Of a stretch of 64,000 nucleotides of DNA, positions 27,695-37,354 are shown piece after piece; positions within the stretch are counted from its first letter, which is position 1, and the number at the start of each line of letters is the position of its first letter. Both the position numbers and the translations under genes were made by a program. The stretch lies in assembly GCA_965197395.1 (NCBI GenBank), contig CBDANB010000007.1:1222986-1286985 (forward strand), given 5' to 3'. The stretch comes from Vicinamibacterales bacterium. GTDB taxonomy: Bacteria; Acidobacteriota; Vicinamibacteria; Vicinamibacterales; UBA8438. Below the pieces are notes generated by a model. That model had not been told where the DNA came from and searched no databases. It saw only the letters and a program-made list of their open reading frames with translations.

Positions 27695-29218
27695 ATGAGC
27701 AATCCGCTGCAGCAAACCATCGAGGCCCTGGCGAAGGAGAAAGGGATCGAACCAGACGTGATCATCACGGCCATTGAAGACGCCGTGTTGACGGCATCGC
27801 GCAAGTACTACAAGTCGACGGAGGACTTGCGCACGAAGTTCAACCATGACACCGGCCAGGTCGAGCTCTTCGCCGTACGGCACATCGTCGAAGAGGTGAC
27901 CGATCCGCTCACCGAGATCTCCCTGACCGAGGCGCAGGACCTCTATGGCGAGGAAGCCGAGGTCGACATGGAGATCGAGTTCCCGAAACCGACTGACGTG
28001 CTCGGTCGAATCGCCGCCCAGACCGCCAAGCAGGTCATCTTCCAGAAGGTGCGCGAGGCCGAACGCGACAACGTCTACGAGGAGTTCAGCGACCGACTTG
28101 GCGAAGTCGTCGCGGGCACGGTCAAACGGTTCGAGAACGGGGACATCATCGTCGAAGCGGGCCGCATCGAAGCGATGCTGCCGAGACGCGAGCAATCGCG
28201 CGCGGAGAACTACACGACAGGCGACCGGATCAGGGCCGTCATCCGCGAGGTCAACAAGAACACAAAGGGCCCGCAGATCATCCTGTCGCGGACCGACCCC
28301 GTCCTGCTCATCAAGCTCTTCGAGCAGGAGGTGCCGGAGATCTACGACGACACCGTGTCCATCCGGGGTGCGGTACGCGAGGCCGGGGACCGAGCGAAGG
28401 TGGCCGTGCATTCGCGCGAACGCGACGTCGACCCGGTCGGAGCCTGCGTCGGGATGAAAGGCACACGGGTCCAGGCGATCATCCGCGAGCTGCGCGGCGA
28501 AAAAATCGACATCGTCGAATGGTCCGAGGACGCCGCGCTGTTCGTGACGAACGCCATCAGCCCAGCCAGGGTGCAACGCGTCACCATCGTCGACGAGACC
28601 GAGAAGGTCATCGAGGTCGTCGTCGAGGACAGGCAGCTCTCGCTGGCGATCGGCAAGAAAGGCCAGAACGTGCGCCTGGCCGCGAAGTTGACCGGGTGGA
28701 AGATCGACATCAAGAGCGAGGAAGACAAACGGCGCGAAGTCGAAGCGCAGTTCGACGGGTTGGGCATGTCGGAGGAAGCGGCGACGTTGACGCTGCCGGG
28801 GCTGGAAGACGAGCAGTTGCGGAAGCTGAGCGACGCCGGCCTCGACACCGCGGATCGCTTGCTCGAGACCTCGGCTGCCAACCTCGCGGAGGTGGCCGGC
28901 GTCGACGAGGCCACCGCGGAGCAACTGCAGGCGGCCGTTCGCGAGCAGGTGGCCGCGGTCGAGCAGGCTGCGGCGGAGGCCTCCGCAGCGGCAGCCGCCG
29001 CCGAGGAGGCGACAACCGAGACGGTTGCGACCGAGGAGGCCTCGGCGGCACAGGCCGGCGGTGACAGCGCCCTTGACCCGGCGGCGGCCCCCGCGGCGGA
29101 GCCGGACGCGGGTCATGTGCCTGGCGAGGACGCGCCGACCTCAGACCAGGCGACAAACGCGACGCAGCCGGGCGGCGATGATGCCGCGTCGTCCGAAAGG
29201 CCCGACACCGGGCGCTGA
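27695..29218 (+). CDS. nusA: transcription termination/antitermination factor NusA (with Ala/Glu-rich C-terminal extension)
   Basis: 507 aa with N-terminal domain, S1 and KH-KH motifs (GACVGMKGTRVQAIIRELRGEKIDIV, AIGKKGQNVRLAAKLTGWKIDI). Confidence 0.95.
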   Translation: MSNPLQQTIEALAKEKGIEPDVIITAIEDAVLTASRKYYKSTEDLRTKFNHDTGQVELFAVRHIVEEVTDPLTEISLTEAQDLYGEEAEVDMEIEFPKPTDVLGRIAAQTAKQVIFQKVREAERDNVYEEFSDRLGEVVAGTVKRFENGDIIVEAGRIEAMLPRREQSRAENYTTGDRIRAVIREVNKNTKGPQIILSRTDPVLLIKLFEQEVPEIYDDTVSIRGAVREAGDRAKVAVHSRERDVDPVGACVGMKGTRVQAIIRELRGEKIDIVEWSEDAALFVTNAISPARVQRVTIVDETEKVIEVVVEDRQLSLAIGKKGQNVRLAAKLTGWKIDIKSEEDKRREVEAQFDGLGMSEEAATLTLPGLEDEQLRKLSDAGLDTADRLLETSAANLAEVAGVDEATAEQLQAAVREQVAAVEQAAAEASAAAAAAEEATTETVATEEASAAQAGGDSALDPAAAPAAEPDAGHVPGEDAPTSDQATNATQPGGDDAASSERPDTGR

Positions 29219-29226
29219 GAGAACAC

Positions 29227-32040
29227 GTGGCCACGATACGGATCTACAAAGTCGCGGAGGTGCTGGGCATCCCGAGCCAGGTGGTCATCGAGGCACTGCG
29301 CAAGGAGCACGGCATCGAGGTGAAGAGCGCGTCGAGCACGATCGAAGAGATCGTCGCTCGACAATTCGCGCAGCGCCTCGCGCGCGAGCGCGGCCTCGAG
29401 CTTCCCGGCGGCGAGCTGTTCGCGCAGAAGCCGGCTCCGCGGCGCGGCAGCAAGCGTGCGGCCGCAAAGCAGGAAGCGGCGCAACCGCCGAAGCCACGGC
29501 TCGGACCGCCCCGCCTCGTGAAGGCAGCCAAGGCTGCACGGGCCGCAGCGGCCGAAGCCGAAGCGCTGGCCGAGGTTGATGCCGATGGCTCCGAGGACGC
29601 GCAGGCACCGGATGCGGTCGCGGCGGACGCCAGCGCACCGGTGAGCGTAACGCTGGACGCCAGCGCACCGGCGACAGCGGCTGTCCCTGCCCCGCAGGAG
29701 GACGCGCCCCCCGTCGCACCAACCGCCCTGAAGACGCCGGCTCCTCCTCCTGTGCCGGCCGAGGAATCGCAGCCCGCCGAGCCCCCCCCGGCGGTCTCGC
29801 CACCGGCCGCCGCGGCAGCGGCCGCGCCGAGCACGCCGGACACGTCGTCTCCTTTGGTCGCGCCGGCACCGCCGGTTAAACCCGCGTCGCCCCCGGCCCG
29901 CGCAGCCGCGCCCGTCGCGCGATCGACGGCGACCATGGCACCACGACCCACGGGGCGGGTCGTTCCGCCCACGTTGCGATTGCGCGTCGAGGAGCCGAAA
30001 CGTGTCGCCGCGGCGCCGGCTCCGCCGGCCGGCGCCACGCGAACGGGTGTTGGCGCGCCGGGACGGATCGGGGCTCCAATGGGCCAACCGCCGCTCGGCG
30101 GCCCACGGCCATTGCCGTCACAGCCGGTCCGCCCGCCGTCGTCCAGACCGCTGCCGCCCCGACCCGCGGTCGGGTATCGACCACCGCCAAGACCCCATCA
30201 TCGGCCTGGTGGCCGTCGGTCGGCCTATCGGCGCGCTCGCCAGGCGCCGGCGCCCGCGCCACCGCCGCCGCCCATCACGCGCACCATTACGCTCGCGGAG
30301 GGCATGACGGTCAAAGATCTGGCCGACAAGCTCGAGGTGCGCGCCAAGGACGTGCTGAAGAAGCTGATCGAGAAGCGGTTGATGATGACGATCAACACGA
30401 CCCTCGACCCGGACACCGCAACGATGATCGCGCGCGAGTTCGGGGCGGACGTCAAGATGCGGTCCTTCGAGGAAGAGATGGTCGTGGTCGAGGCCGAGAT
30501 CGCGAGGCCTGAGGACGTCGTTCCGCGCGCACCGGTGGTCACCGTGATGGGGCACGTGGATCACGGCAAGACGACCCTGCTGGACGCGATTCGCGAAACG
30601 AACGTGGCCGGCGGCGAGGCAGGTGGGATCACGCAGCACATCGGCGCCTATTCGGTTGCCGTCAACGACCGCCGCGTCGTCTTTCTCGATACGCCCGGCC
30701 ACGAGGCCTTCACGCTGATGCGGGCGCGCGGCGCCAAGGTGACGGACGTCGTGGTCCTTGTCGTGGCGGCGGACGACGGCGTCATGCCACAGACCCAGGA
30801 AGCGATCGACCATGCGCGCGCGGCGGGAGTGCCCATCATCGTTGCGATCAACAAGATCGACAAGGCCAACGCCAACCTCGACCGGGTCAAGAAGGAGCTG
30901 GCGGAACGAGAGCTGACGCCCGAGGACTGGGGCGGCACGACCGTCACCGTTCCGGTCTCCGCCAAGCAGCGCGAGAACCTGGACGGTCTGCTCGAGATGA
31001 TCCTGCTCGTCACGGAAATGGGGGACCACAAGGCGAACCCGACGCGCGCTGCGACCGGCACCGTGCTGGAAGCGAAGGTCGATCGAGGCCGAGGCCCGGT
31101 GGCGACCATCCTGGTGCAAGATGGCACGCTGCACGTGGGAGACAACTTCATCGCCGGGGTTCAAGTCGGGCGGGTGCGGGCACTGATTGATGACCGGCTG
31201 GAGCAAACCAAAGAAGTCGGCCCATCGAACCCGGTCGAGGTGCTTGGGCTGACAGGACTGCCGCAGCCCGGTGACGCCTTCCAGGCCGTGGCCGACGCTG
31301 CCAAGGCGAGACAGATCGCGGTGCTCCGGCAGAACCTGGCCAAGGAAAAGACACTCGGGGGACGCGGGCAGCGGGTGACACTGGAATCGTTGCAGGCCCA
31401 GCTGTCCGAGGGCGAGGCCAAAGAGCTGCCCGTCATCATCAAGGCCGACGTGCAGGGGTCGGCCGAAGTGCTGGCCGACGCGCTCTCCAAGCTCGGTGAC
31501 GACCGCGTCAAGATTCGCGTCATTCACAGCGGTGTCGGCGCCGTGAGCGAATGGGACGTCCTGTTGGCGTCCACCTCGAACGCCGTCATCATCGGGTTCA
31601 ACGTGCGGCCGGACCGCAACGCCGCCGCAGCCTCCGAACGGGAGGGGGTTGATATCCGGCAGCACTCCGTCATCTACAACGTCACCGATGAGATCAAGAT
31701 GGCGATGGCGGGGCTCCTCGAGCCGACCGTCCGCGAGCAGCAGCTCGGGCAGGCCGAGATTCGGGAGACATTCAAGGTGCCCAAGTTCGGCACCGCCGCA
31801 GGCTGCATGGTGACGGACGGGGTCCTCACTCGGTCCGGCGATGCGCAGGCACGCGTCGTTCGCGACGGCGTCGTCGTGCACGAAGGCAAGCTCGGATCGC
31901 TGCGTCGCTTCAAAGACGACGTCAACGAGGTCAAGACGGGTTTCGAGTGCGGCGTCGCCTTCGAGCGTTTCGGCGATCTCAAGATCGGCGACGTCATCGA
32001 GGTCTTCACGATCGAGAAGGTCGCGGCAACGGTCGCCTAA
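29227..32040 (+). CDS. infB: translation initiation factor IF-2
   Basis: 937 aa with a Pro/Ala-rich N-terminal region. The GTPase motifs GHVDHGKTTLLD, DTPGHEAF and NKID are present. Confidence 0.95.
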   Translation: MATIRIYKVAEVLGIPSQVVIEALRKEHGIEVKSASSTIEEIVARQFAQRLARERGLELPGGELFAQKPAPRRGSKRAAAKQEAAQPPKPRLGPPRLVKAAKAARAAAAEAEALAEVDADGSEDAQAPDAVAADASAPVSVTLDASAPATAAVPAPQEDAPPVAPTALKTPAPPPVPAEESQPAEPPPAVSPPAAAAAAAPSTPDTSSPLVAPAPPVKPASPPARAAAPVARSTATMAPRPTGRVVPPTLRLRVEEPKRVAAAPAPPAGATRTGVGAPGRIGAPMGQPPLGGPRPLPSQPVRPPSSRPLPPRPAVGYRPPPRPHHRPGGRRSAYRRARQAPAPAPPPPPITRTITLAEGMTVKDLADKLEVRAKDVLKKLIEKRLMMTINTTLDPDTATMIAREFGADVKMRSFEEEMVVVEAEIARPEDVVPRAPVVTVMGHVDHGKTTLLDAIRETNVAGGEAGGITQHIGAYSVAVNDRRVVFLDTPGHEAFTLMRARGAKVTDVVVLVVAADDGVMPQTQEAIDHARAAGVPIIVAINKIDKANANLDRVKKELAERELTPEDWGGTTVTVPVSAKQRENLDGLLEMILLVTEMGDHKANPTRAATGTVLEAKVDRGRGPVATILVQDGTLHVGDNFIAGVQVGRVRALIDDRLEQTKEVGPSNPVEVLGLTGLPQPGDAFQAVADAAKARQIAVLRQNLAKEKTLGGRGQRVTLESLQAQLSEGEAKELPVIIKADVQGSAEVLADALSKLGDDRVKIRVIHSGVGAVSEWDVLLASTSNAVIIGFNVRPDRNAAAASEREGVDIRQHSVIYNVTDEIKMAMAGLLEPTVREQQLGQAEIRETFKVPKFGTAAGCMVTDGVLTRSGDAQARVVRDGVVVHEGKLGSLRRFKDDVNEVKTGFECGVAFERFGDLKIGDVIEVFTIEKVAATVA

Positions 32041-32052
32041 CCCGCCGGATCG

Positions 32053-32364
32053 ATGGCCGCCGTCGGGATGCTGTCCGTCGAGCTTCACTTCGCCGGCGCA
32101 CGATCGCTCAAGGACAAGCGGAGGTCACTCGCCAGCATCAAGGACCGGCTGCGCAAGCTCAACGTGGCCGTCGCCGAGCTCGACCATCACGACCTGCATC
32201 AGCGAGCGAGACTGGGCATTGTGGCCGTGGCGACTGCGCGAGACGGCGTCGACCGGCTGTTCGAGAGTGTCCTGACCGGAGATCGACCGGCGCAACGCGG
32301 GCGCCATCGTGGCGTCCGACCTCGACTGGCTCACGTAGTGTCCGGTCACAAAGGGCGCGCCTGA
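32053..32364 (+). CDS. DUF503 (YlxP-like) protein; apparent frameshift near 32272-32278
   Basis: The N-terminal 74 aa (LSVELHFAGARSLKDKRRSLASIKDRLRKLNVAVAELD) fit DUF503. After 32275 the called frame loses GC3 bias. The +1 frame is 20/20 GC3 and ends at the TAG at 32336-32338. Confidence 0.6.
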   Translation: MAAVGMLSVELHFAGARSLKDKRRSLASIKDRLRKLNVAVAELDHHDLHQRARLGIVAVATARDGVDRLFESVLTGDRPAQRGRHRGVRPRLAHVVSGHKGRA

Positions 32365-32367
32365 GAC

Positions 32368-32784
32368 ATGCCGCACGGGACTCGGATGGAGCGCGTGGCG
32401 GAGCGGATTCGCGTCGAGCTCAGCACGCTCCTGACGAGAGGCGTGCGGGACCCTGGCGTGACCGACGTGACGATCACCCACGTGAGCGTCACCCGCGACC
32501 TCCAGCGTGCCGAGGTCCGCTATACCGTGATGTCGGACGAGCAGGCGCGTCGCAGTGCCGCGCGCGGTCTGCGCCGCGCGCATGGGTTCCTGCGCCGGGC
32601 ACTCGCCGAGCGTCTCAGCCTACGCCGCGTCCCCGAACTGTCGTTCCGCTACGACGATACGGTCGAGCAGCAGGCCCGAGTCGGGCGTCTGTTCGAGGAG
32701 ATCGAGGCGGCGCGTACCGGATCGGCCGATGGCGATGACGACGGCCCGCACGACGTGGCGAAGACCGATGCCAACGAACCCTGA
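32368..32784 (+). CDS. rbfA: ribosome-binding factor A
   Basis: 138 aa. RVAERIRVELSTLLTRGVRDPG...THVSVTRDLQRAEVRY is typical RbfA. Confidence 0.88.
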   Translation: MPHGTRMERVAERIRVELSTLLTRGVRDPGVTDVTITHVSVTRDLQRAEVRYTVMSDEQARRSAARGLRRAHGFLRRALAERLSLRRVPELSFRYDDTVEQQARVGRLFEEIEAARTGSADGDDDGPHDVAKTDANEP

Positions 32785-33757
32785 CCATCCAATCCGGCAG
32801 ATTGTCGATGCACTGCGGGAACGCCAGCGCTTCGTGATTTCGTCACACGCGCGCCCGGACGGCGACTCAATCGGCTCGCAGCTCGCGCTCGCTCATGCGC
32901 TGACCGGGCTCGGAAAGACGGTGCGCATCGTCAACCACGATGCGCCGCCGGACTCGTTGCAGACGATTCCCGGCGCCGCGGCCATCGAGGTCGCGGACAC
33001 GGTGGACGGCGCCCACGACGCCGCTGTCGTCCTCGAATGTAGCTCGTTGGACCGCACCGAAGTCACGGGCCTCGACCGCCAATTCGTCATCAACATCGAT
33101 CACCATGCCGGCAACGGTATGTATGGGACGCTCAACTGGTTTGACCCCTCGGCGTGCGCCTGCGCCGAGATGGTGCACGATCTCGTGGCAGAGCTGGGTG
33201 TCGCGGTGACCCCGCAGATCGGGATCGCGCTCTACGCGGGGATCCTCACCGACACCGGCTCGTTTCGCCACGCGAATATCACGAGCCGTACGTTCGAGAT
33301 CTGCCGACGCGTGGCTGCCGCCGGCGTGGACGTCGCTGGCGTGGCGGCCGAGTTGTATCAGCGGAGCAGCGTCGGAAAACTCAGGCTGACCGGCGCGCTG
33401 CTCACGGACATGACGCTCGACGCCGACGGGCGCGTCGCGGTGCTGCATGTCGACGATGCGTTGCTCCGGCAGACCGGCTGTCCGACCGACGATCTGGACG
33501 GGCTCATCAATCTGCCGTTGTCCGCAACCGACGTCCAGGCCGTGATCATGTTCAAGTTCCTCGACGGCTCGGCGCGGGTGAGCCTCCGATCCAAGGGCAC
33601 CATCGACGTGCGAGCCGTTGCGGCGTCCTTTGGCGGCGGCGGCCATCGCAATGCGTCCGGGTTCTCGCTCGACGGGCCGCGTGAAGATGTTGTGTCTCGC
33701 GCTGTTGCCGCCGTCATCGGAGCCCTGGACACCGCGCCGGATGAGCCAGCCCGATAA
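32768..33757 (+). CDS. nrnA: DHH/DHHA1 phosphoesterase (NrnA-like oligoribonuclease / pAp phosphatase)
   Basis: Internal ATG at 32768 of track ORF 32555..33757. HARPDGDSIGS, IDHH and GGGGHRNASG (DHHA1) are present. Confidence 0.82.
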   Translation: MPTNPDHPIRQIVDALRERQRFVISSHARPDGDSIGSQLALAHALTGLGKTVRIVNHDAPPDSLQTIPGAAAIEVADTVDGAHDAAVVLECSSLDRTEVTGLDRQFVINIDHHAGNGMYGTLNWFDPSACACAEMVHDLVAELGVAVTPQIGIALYAGILTDTGSFRHANITSRTFEICRRVAAAGVDVAGVAAELYQRSSVGKLRLTGALLTDMTLDADGRVAVLHVDDALLRQTGCPTDDLDGLINLPLSATDVQAVIMFKFLDGSARVSLRSKGTIDVRAVAASFGGGGHRNASGFSLDGPREDVVSRAVAAVIGALDTAPDEPAR

Positions 33758-34694
33758 TCGATCCGTCGGCGTGGACGGCGTCCTCGTCGTCGACAAGGCG
33801 GCCGGGATGACCTCGCACGACGTCGTCTCGCGCGCGCGGCGCGCTCTCGGGACGCGTCGGGTCGGCCATGTCGGCACCCTCGACCCGATGGCGACCGGCG
33901 TGCTGCCCCTCGTCGTCGGGCGCGCCACGCGGTTGGCGTCCCTGCTGTCGGCCGGCCCGAAGGTCTACGACGGGGTCATCCGGCTCGGTGTCGTGACCGA
34001 CACGTATGACAGGACCGGCACGCAGTCTCAGCAGGTGTCCGAGGGTGGCGCAAGCCCACTGGACGCGGTCACCTCCGCCACCGTCAACGAGGCGATCGCG
34101 TCGTTCGTCGGCACCTTCGAACAGCACCCGCCGCCGTTCTCGGCCAAGAAAATCGGCGGCGTTCGAGCCTATCGACTCGCGCGGCGTCGGAAGCCGGTCG
34201 CGCCCAGGTCGGTCGAGGTGACCGTGCATGCGCTCGAAGTCGTCTCCCGCACGACCGAGCGCCTACGTTGCCGGGTCACGTGTGAACCCGGCTTCTACAT
34301 GCGAGCGCTGGCGCACGACCTGGGACGCGCACTCGGCTGCGGGGGGTGCCTGGAGACGCTCCGCCGCGAGCGGAGCGGCGCCTTCGACCTGACCGGCGCG
34401 GTGCCGGTCGATGCACTGACAAGCCGGTCAACACCCATCGCCGACCACCTCGTACCGCTCGTGCAGCTGCTGCCCGACCTGCCGAGCGCGGTGCTGACCG
34501 ACCATGGGACCCGGCGGGCCAAACACGGCAACCGGCTGTCGCGCGCGGACCTCTCGTCGTGGGATCGCGATTGGGAGAACGCGGGAGCGGGCGGCCAAGC
34601 GCGAGTCAAGCTCATCGACTCGACCGGCAACCTGCTCGCCATCGCGGACGCGGACGGAGACCGCGTTTTGCATCCCGCGATCGTTCTAGTGTAA
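33741..34694 (+). CDS. truB: tRNA pseudouridine(55) synthase
   Basis: Internal ATG at 33741 of track ORF 33618..34694. GVLVVDKAAGMTSHDVV and HVGTLDPMATGVLPLVVG (catalytic Asp) are present. Confidence 0.9.
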   Translation: MSQPDNRSVGVDGVLVVDKAAGMTSHDVVSRARRALGTRRVGHVGTLDPMATGVLPLVVGRATRLASLLSAGPKVYDGVIRLGVVTDTYDRTGTQSQQVSEGGASPLDAVTSATVNEAIASFVGTFEQHPPPFSAKKIGGVRAYRLARRRKPVAPRSVEVTVHALEVVSRTTERLRCRVTCEPGFYMRALAHDLGRALGCGGCLETLRRERSGAFDLTGAVPVDALTSRSTPIADHLVPLVQLLPDLPSAVLTDHGTRRAKHGNRLSRADLSSWDRDWENAGAGGQARVKLIDSTGNLLAIADADGDRVLHPAIVLV

Positions 34695-34748
34695 GCTTTT
34701 TCGGTTGGACAAAAGCGCGATAAACGAAAGAGGAAGAGGTAGTTACAC

Positions 34749-35018
34749 GTGGCGCTGGCCAAGGAGCGAAAGACGGAGATCATCGGGTCGTATCGCACGC
34801 ACGAGAGCGACACCGGTTCGCCAGAAGTGCAGGTCGCCATCCTCAGCGAGCGGATTGGCTATCTGACTGAGCACTTCAAGGTCCACGCCAAGGACCACCA
34901 CTCGCGCCGCGGGCTCTTACAGCTCGTTGGCCAGCGGCGGCGACTCCTCGACTACCTCAAGGGCAAGAGCTCCGAGCGATACTCGGACCTCATCAAGCGA
35001 CTCGGCATCCGCAAGTAG
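34749..35018 (+). CDS. rpsO: 30S ribosomal protein S15
   Basis: 89 aa with a GTG start after [48 protein letters not shown] is typical. Confidence 0.93.
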   Translation: MALAKERKTEIIGSYRTHESDTGSPEVQVAILSERIGYLTEHFKVHAKDHHSRRGLLQLVGQRRRLLDYLKGKSSERYSDLIKRLGIRK

Positions 35019-35043
35019 GCGCGAGATGAACCACCGGCCCTCG

Positions 35044-35062
35044 ACGGGCTGGTAGCCCTCCC
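35044..35062 (+). promoter_or_regulatory. stem-loop in the rpsO-pnp intergenic region
   Basis: CCGGCCC-TCGAC-GGGCTGG forms 7 bp including one G-U, with no U-tract. Its position is analogous to the processing/attenuation hairpins known between rpsO and pnp in other bacteria. Confidence 0.35.
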
Positions 35063-35124
35063 TCCCCGCCTGACGATTCGCTGAGCACCGTCGCCTGCGC
35101 CACCTTCAACGGGAGTCACACGTC

Positions 35125-37350
35125 ATGCATACGGCCCAAGTAAAAGTCGGCCGGGGAACCCTGACCATCGAGACCGGCAAGATCGCCAAACAGGCGGGCG
35201 GCGCGGTGACCGTGCGCTACGGCGATACGGTTGTCATCGTCACGGCCTGTTCCGCGGCGACCGCCCGCGAGGGCATCGACTTCTTGCCGCTCACGGTCGA
35301 CTACCGCGAATACGCCTACGCGTCGGGTCGGATCCCGGGCGGCTTCTTCAAGCGCGAGGGGAAGCCGACGGACAAGGAGGTCCTGACCAGTCGTCTCATC
35401 GACCGACCCATCCGACCGCTGTTTCCGCAGGGGTGGTCGCGGGAGACCCAGGTCATCGCGCTGCTGCTCTCCGCCGACGCCGAGAACGATTCGGACGTGC
35501 TTGCGCTCACCGGCGCGTCGGCTGCGCTCTCGATCTCGCCGATTCCGTTCGCGCGACCGATCGCGGCGGTACGCGTCGGCCTGATCGACGGCGAGCTGCT
35601 CATCAACCCCACCTATCCCGAGCGGAAACGTAGCGCGCTCGATCTGGTCATCGCGGGGAGCCGTGACGCGGTCGTCATGGTCGAGGCCGGGGCACGCGAG
35701 GTCAGCGAGGACGTGGTGCTCGGTGCGCTGGAGGCCGGCCACCAGGCGATCCGCGACATCGTGGGCGCGATCGAGGAGATGACGGCGGCGGTCGGCAAGC
35801 CCAAGCTGGCGGTGGTCACGGCGGAGGCCGAACCTGCCAGCGCTCAGGAGATCACGAACAAGGTCATCGAGCCCCTGCGCGAGGCGATGCGTGTCCCCGA
35901 CAAGCTCGAAAACTACGCGCGGGTCGACCAGGTGCTCGACGAGCTACTCGCGTCGCTTCCCGCAGAGGGCACCGAGCGGGACGATGCCAAGCGGGTCTTC
36001 AAGCAGCTGAAGGAAACCGTGCTGCGGAACGAGGTCCTCGAACGCGGTACGCGTCTGGATGGACGCCGGTTCGATGAGGTGCGGTCCATCTGGTCTGAGG
36101 TGGGCGTGCTGCCGCGCACGCACGGCTCGGCAATCTTTACCCGGGGCGAGACCCAAGCGCTCGTCACCGCCACGCTCGGCACGGCCGATGATCAACAAAA
36201 GATCGAGTTGGTCGACGGCGAGAGCTTCAAACGGTTCATGCTGCACTACAACTTCCCACCATTCTCGGTCGGTGAAGTGAAGTTCATGCGCGGTCCCGGC
36301 CGGCGTGAGGTGGGACATGGCAATCTCGCCGAGCGCAGTCTCCTGCCGATGATCCCCGGCGACGACGAGTTCCCCTACACCCTACGCGTCGTATCCGACA
36401 TCCTCGAGTCGAATGGGTCGTCGTCGATGGCCACGGTCTGCGGTGGCGCGCTCGCGCTGATGGATGCGGGGGTGCCGTTGAAACGGCCCGTGGCCGGGAT
36501 CGCCATGGGGCTGGTCATGGAGGAGGGCGCTGGCGATGCCGGCGCGCCGCGGCACGCGATCCTGTCCGATATCGCGGGGGCCGAGGATCACTACGGCGAT
36601 ATGGATTTCAAGGTCGCCGGAACGACCGAGGGCATCACCGCGCTCCAGATGGACATCAAGGTCGCGGGGATCACGACCGAGATCATGCGCGAGGCACTGG
36701 CGCAGGCGCGCGCCGGTAGGCTCCATATCCTGCAAGAAATGGGCGCGACGATCGCGGCACCGCGGGAATCCATCTCGGGACACGCGCCGCGCATCGTGAG
36801 CATCCAGATCCCCGTCGACAAGATTCGGGATGTCATCGGCCCGGGCGGCAAGACGATTCGTAGCATCATCGACCGCACCGGCGTCAAGATCGACGTCGAA
36901 GATAGCGGTCGCGTCAACGTGGCGTCCTCGGACGAAGCCTCGGCGCAACGGGCAATCACGATCATCGAGGAACTGACCGCAAGCCCGGAGCTGAACAAGA
37001 GCTATCTGGGCAAGGTGCAGCGCATCACGGACTTCGGCGCATTCATCGAAATCCTGCCGGGCATCGACGGGTTGCTGCACGTCTCGGAGATCGCGCACTA
37101 CCGGGTCAAGGAGGTGCGTGACGAGCTGAATGAGGGCGACCAGGTCCTGGTCAAGGTGATCAACGTCGACCCATCGGGCAAGGTTCGCTTGAGCCGAAAG
37201 GCGCTGCTGCCCGCGTCCGAGTCCGCCGACGCCCCGAGCGGCGGAGCGCCCAGCGGCGATGGCGGGCAACGGCCGGGGGGTCGCGGCGGACCTGGGGGGC
37301 GATCGCGTCCACCACGGTCGCGCGGCAACCGGGAGCCCGCAAGGCGCTAG
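35125..37350 (+). CDS. pnp: polyribonucleotide nucleotidyltransferase (PNPase)
   Basis: 741 aa with two RNase PH domains, KH and S1 (GKVQRITDFGAFIEILPGIDGLLHVSE) and an Arg/Gly-rich tail. Confidence 0.95.
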   Translation: MHTAQVKVGRGTLTIETGKIAKQAGGAVTVRYGDTVVIVTACSAATAREGIDFLPLTVDYREYAYASGRIPGGFFKREGKPTDKEVLTSRLIDRPIRPLFPQGWSRETQVIALLLSADAENDSDVLALTGASAALSISPIPFARPIAAVRVGLIDGELLINPTYPERKRSALDLVIAGSRDAVVMVEAGAREVSEDVVLGALEAGHQAIRDIVGAIEEMTAAVGKPKLAVVTAEAEPASAQEITNKVIEPLREAMRVPDKLENYARVDQVLDELLASLPAEGTERDDAKRVFKQLKETVLRNEVLERGTRLDGRRFDEVRSIWSEVGVLPRTHGSAIFTRGETQALVTATLGTADDQQKIELVDGESFKRFMLHYNFPPFSVGEVKFMRGPGRREVGHGNLAERSLLPMIPGDDEFPYTLRVVSDILESNGSSSMATVCGGALALMDAGVPLKRPVAGIAMGLVMEEGAGDAGAPRHAILSDIAGAEDHYGDMDFKVAGTTEGITALQMDIKVAGITTEIMREALAQARAGRLHILQEMGATIAAPRESISGHAPRIVSIQIPVDKIRDVIGPGGKTIRSIIDRTGVKIDVEDSGRVNVASSDEASAQRAITIIEELTASPELNKSYLGKVQRITDFGAFIEILPGIDGLLHVSEIAHYRVKEVRDELNEGDQVLVKVINVDPSGKVRLSRKALLPASESADAPSGGAPSGDGGQRPGGRGGPGGRSRPPRSRGNREPARR

Positions 37351-37354
37351 GGGC

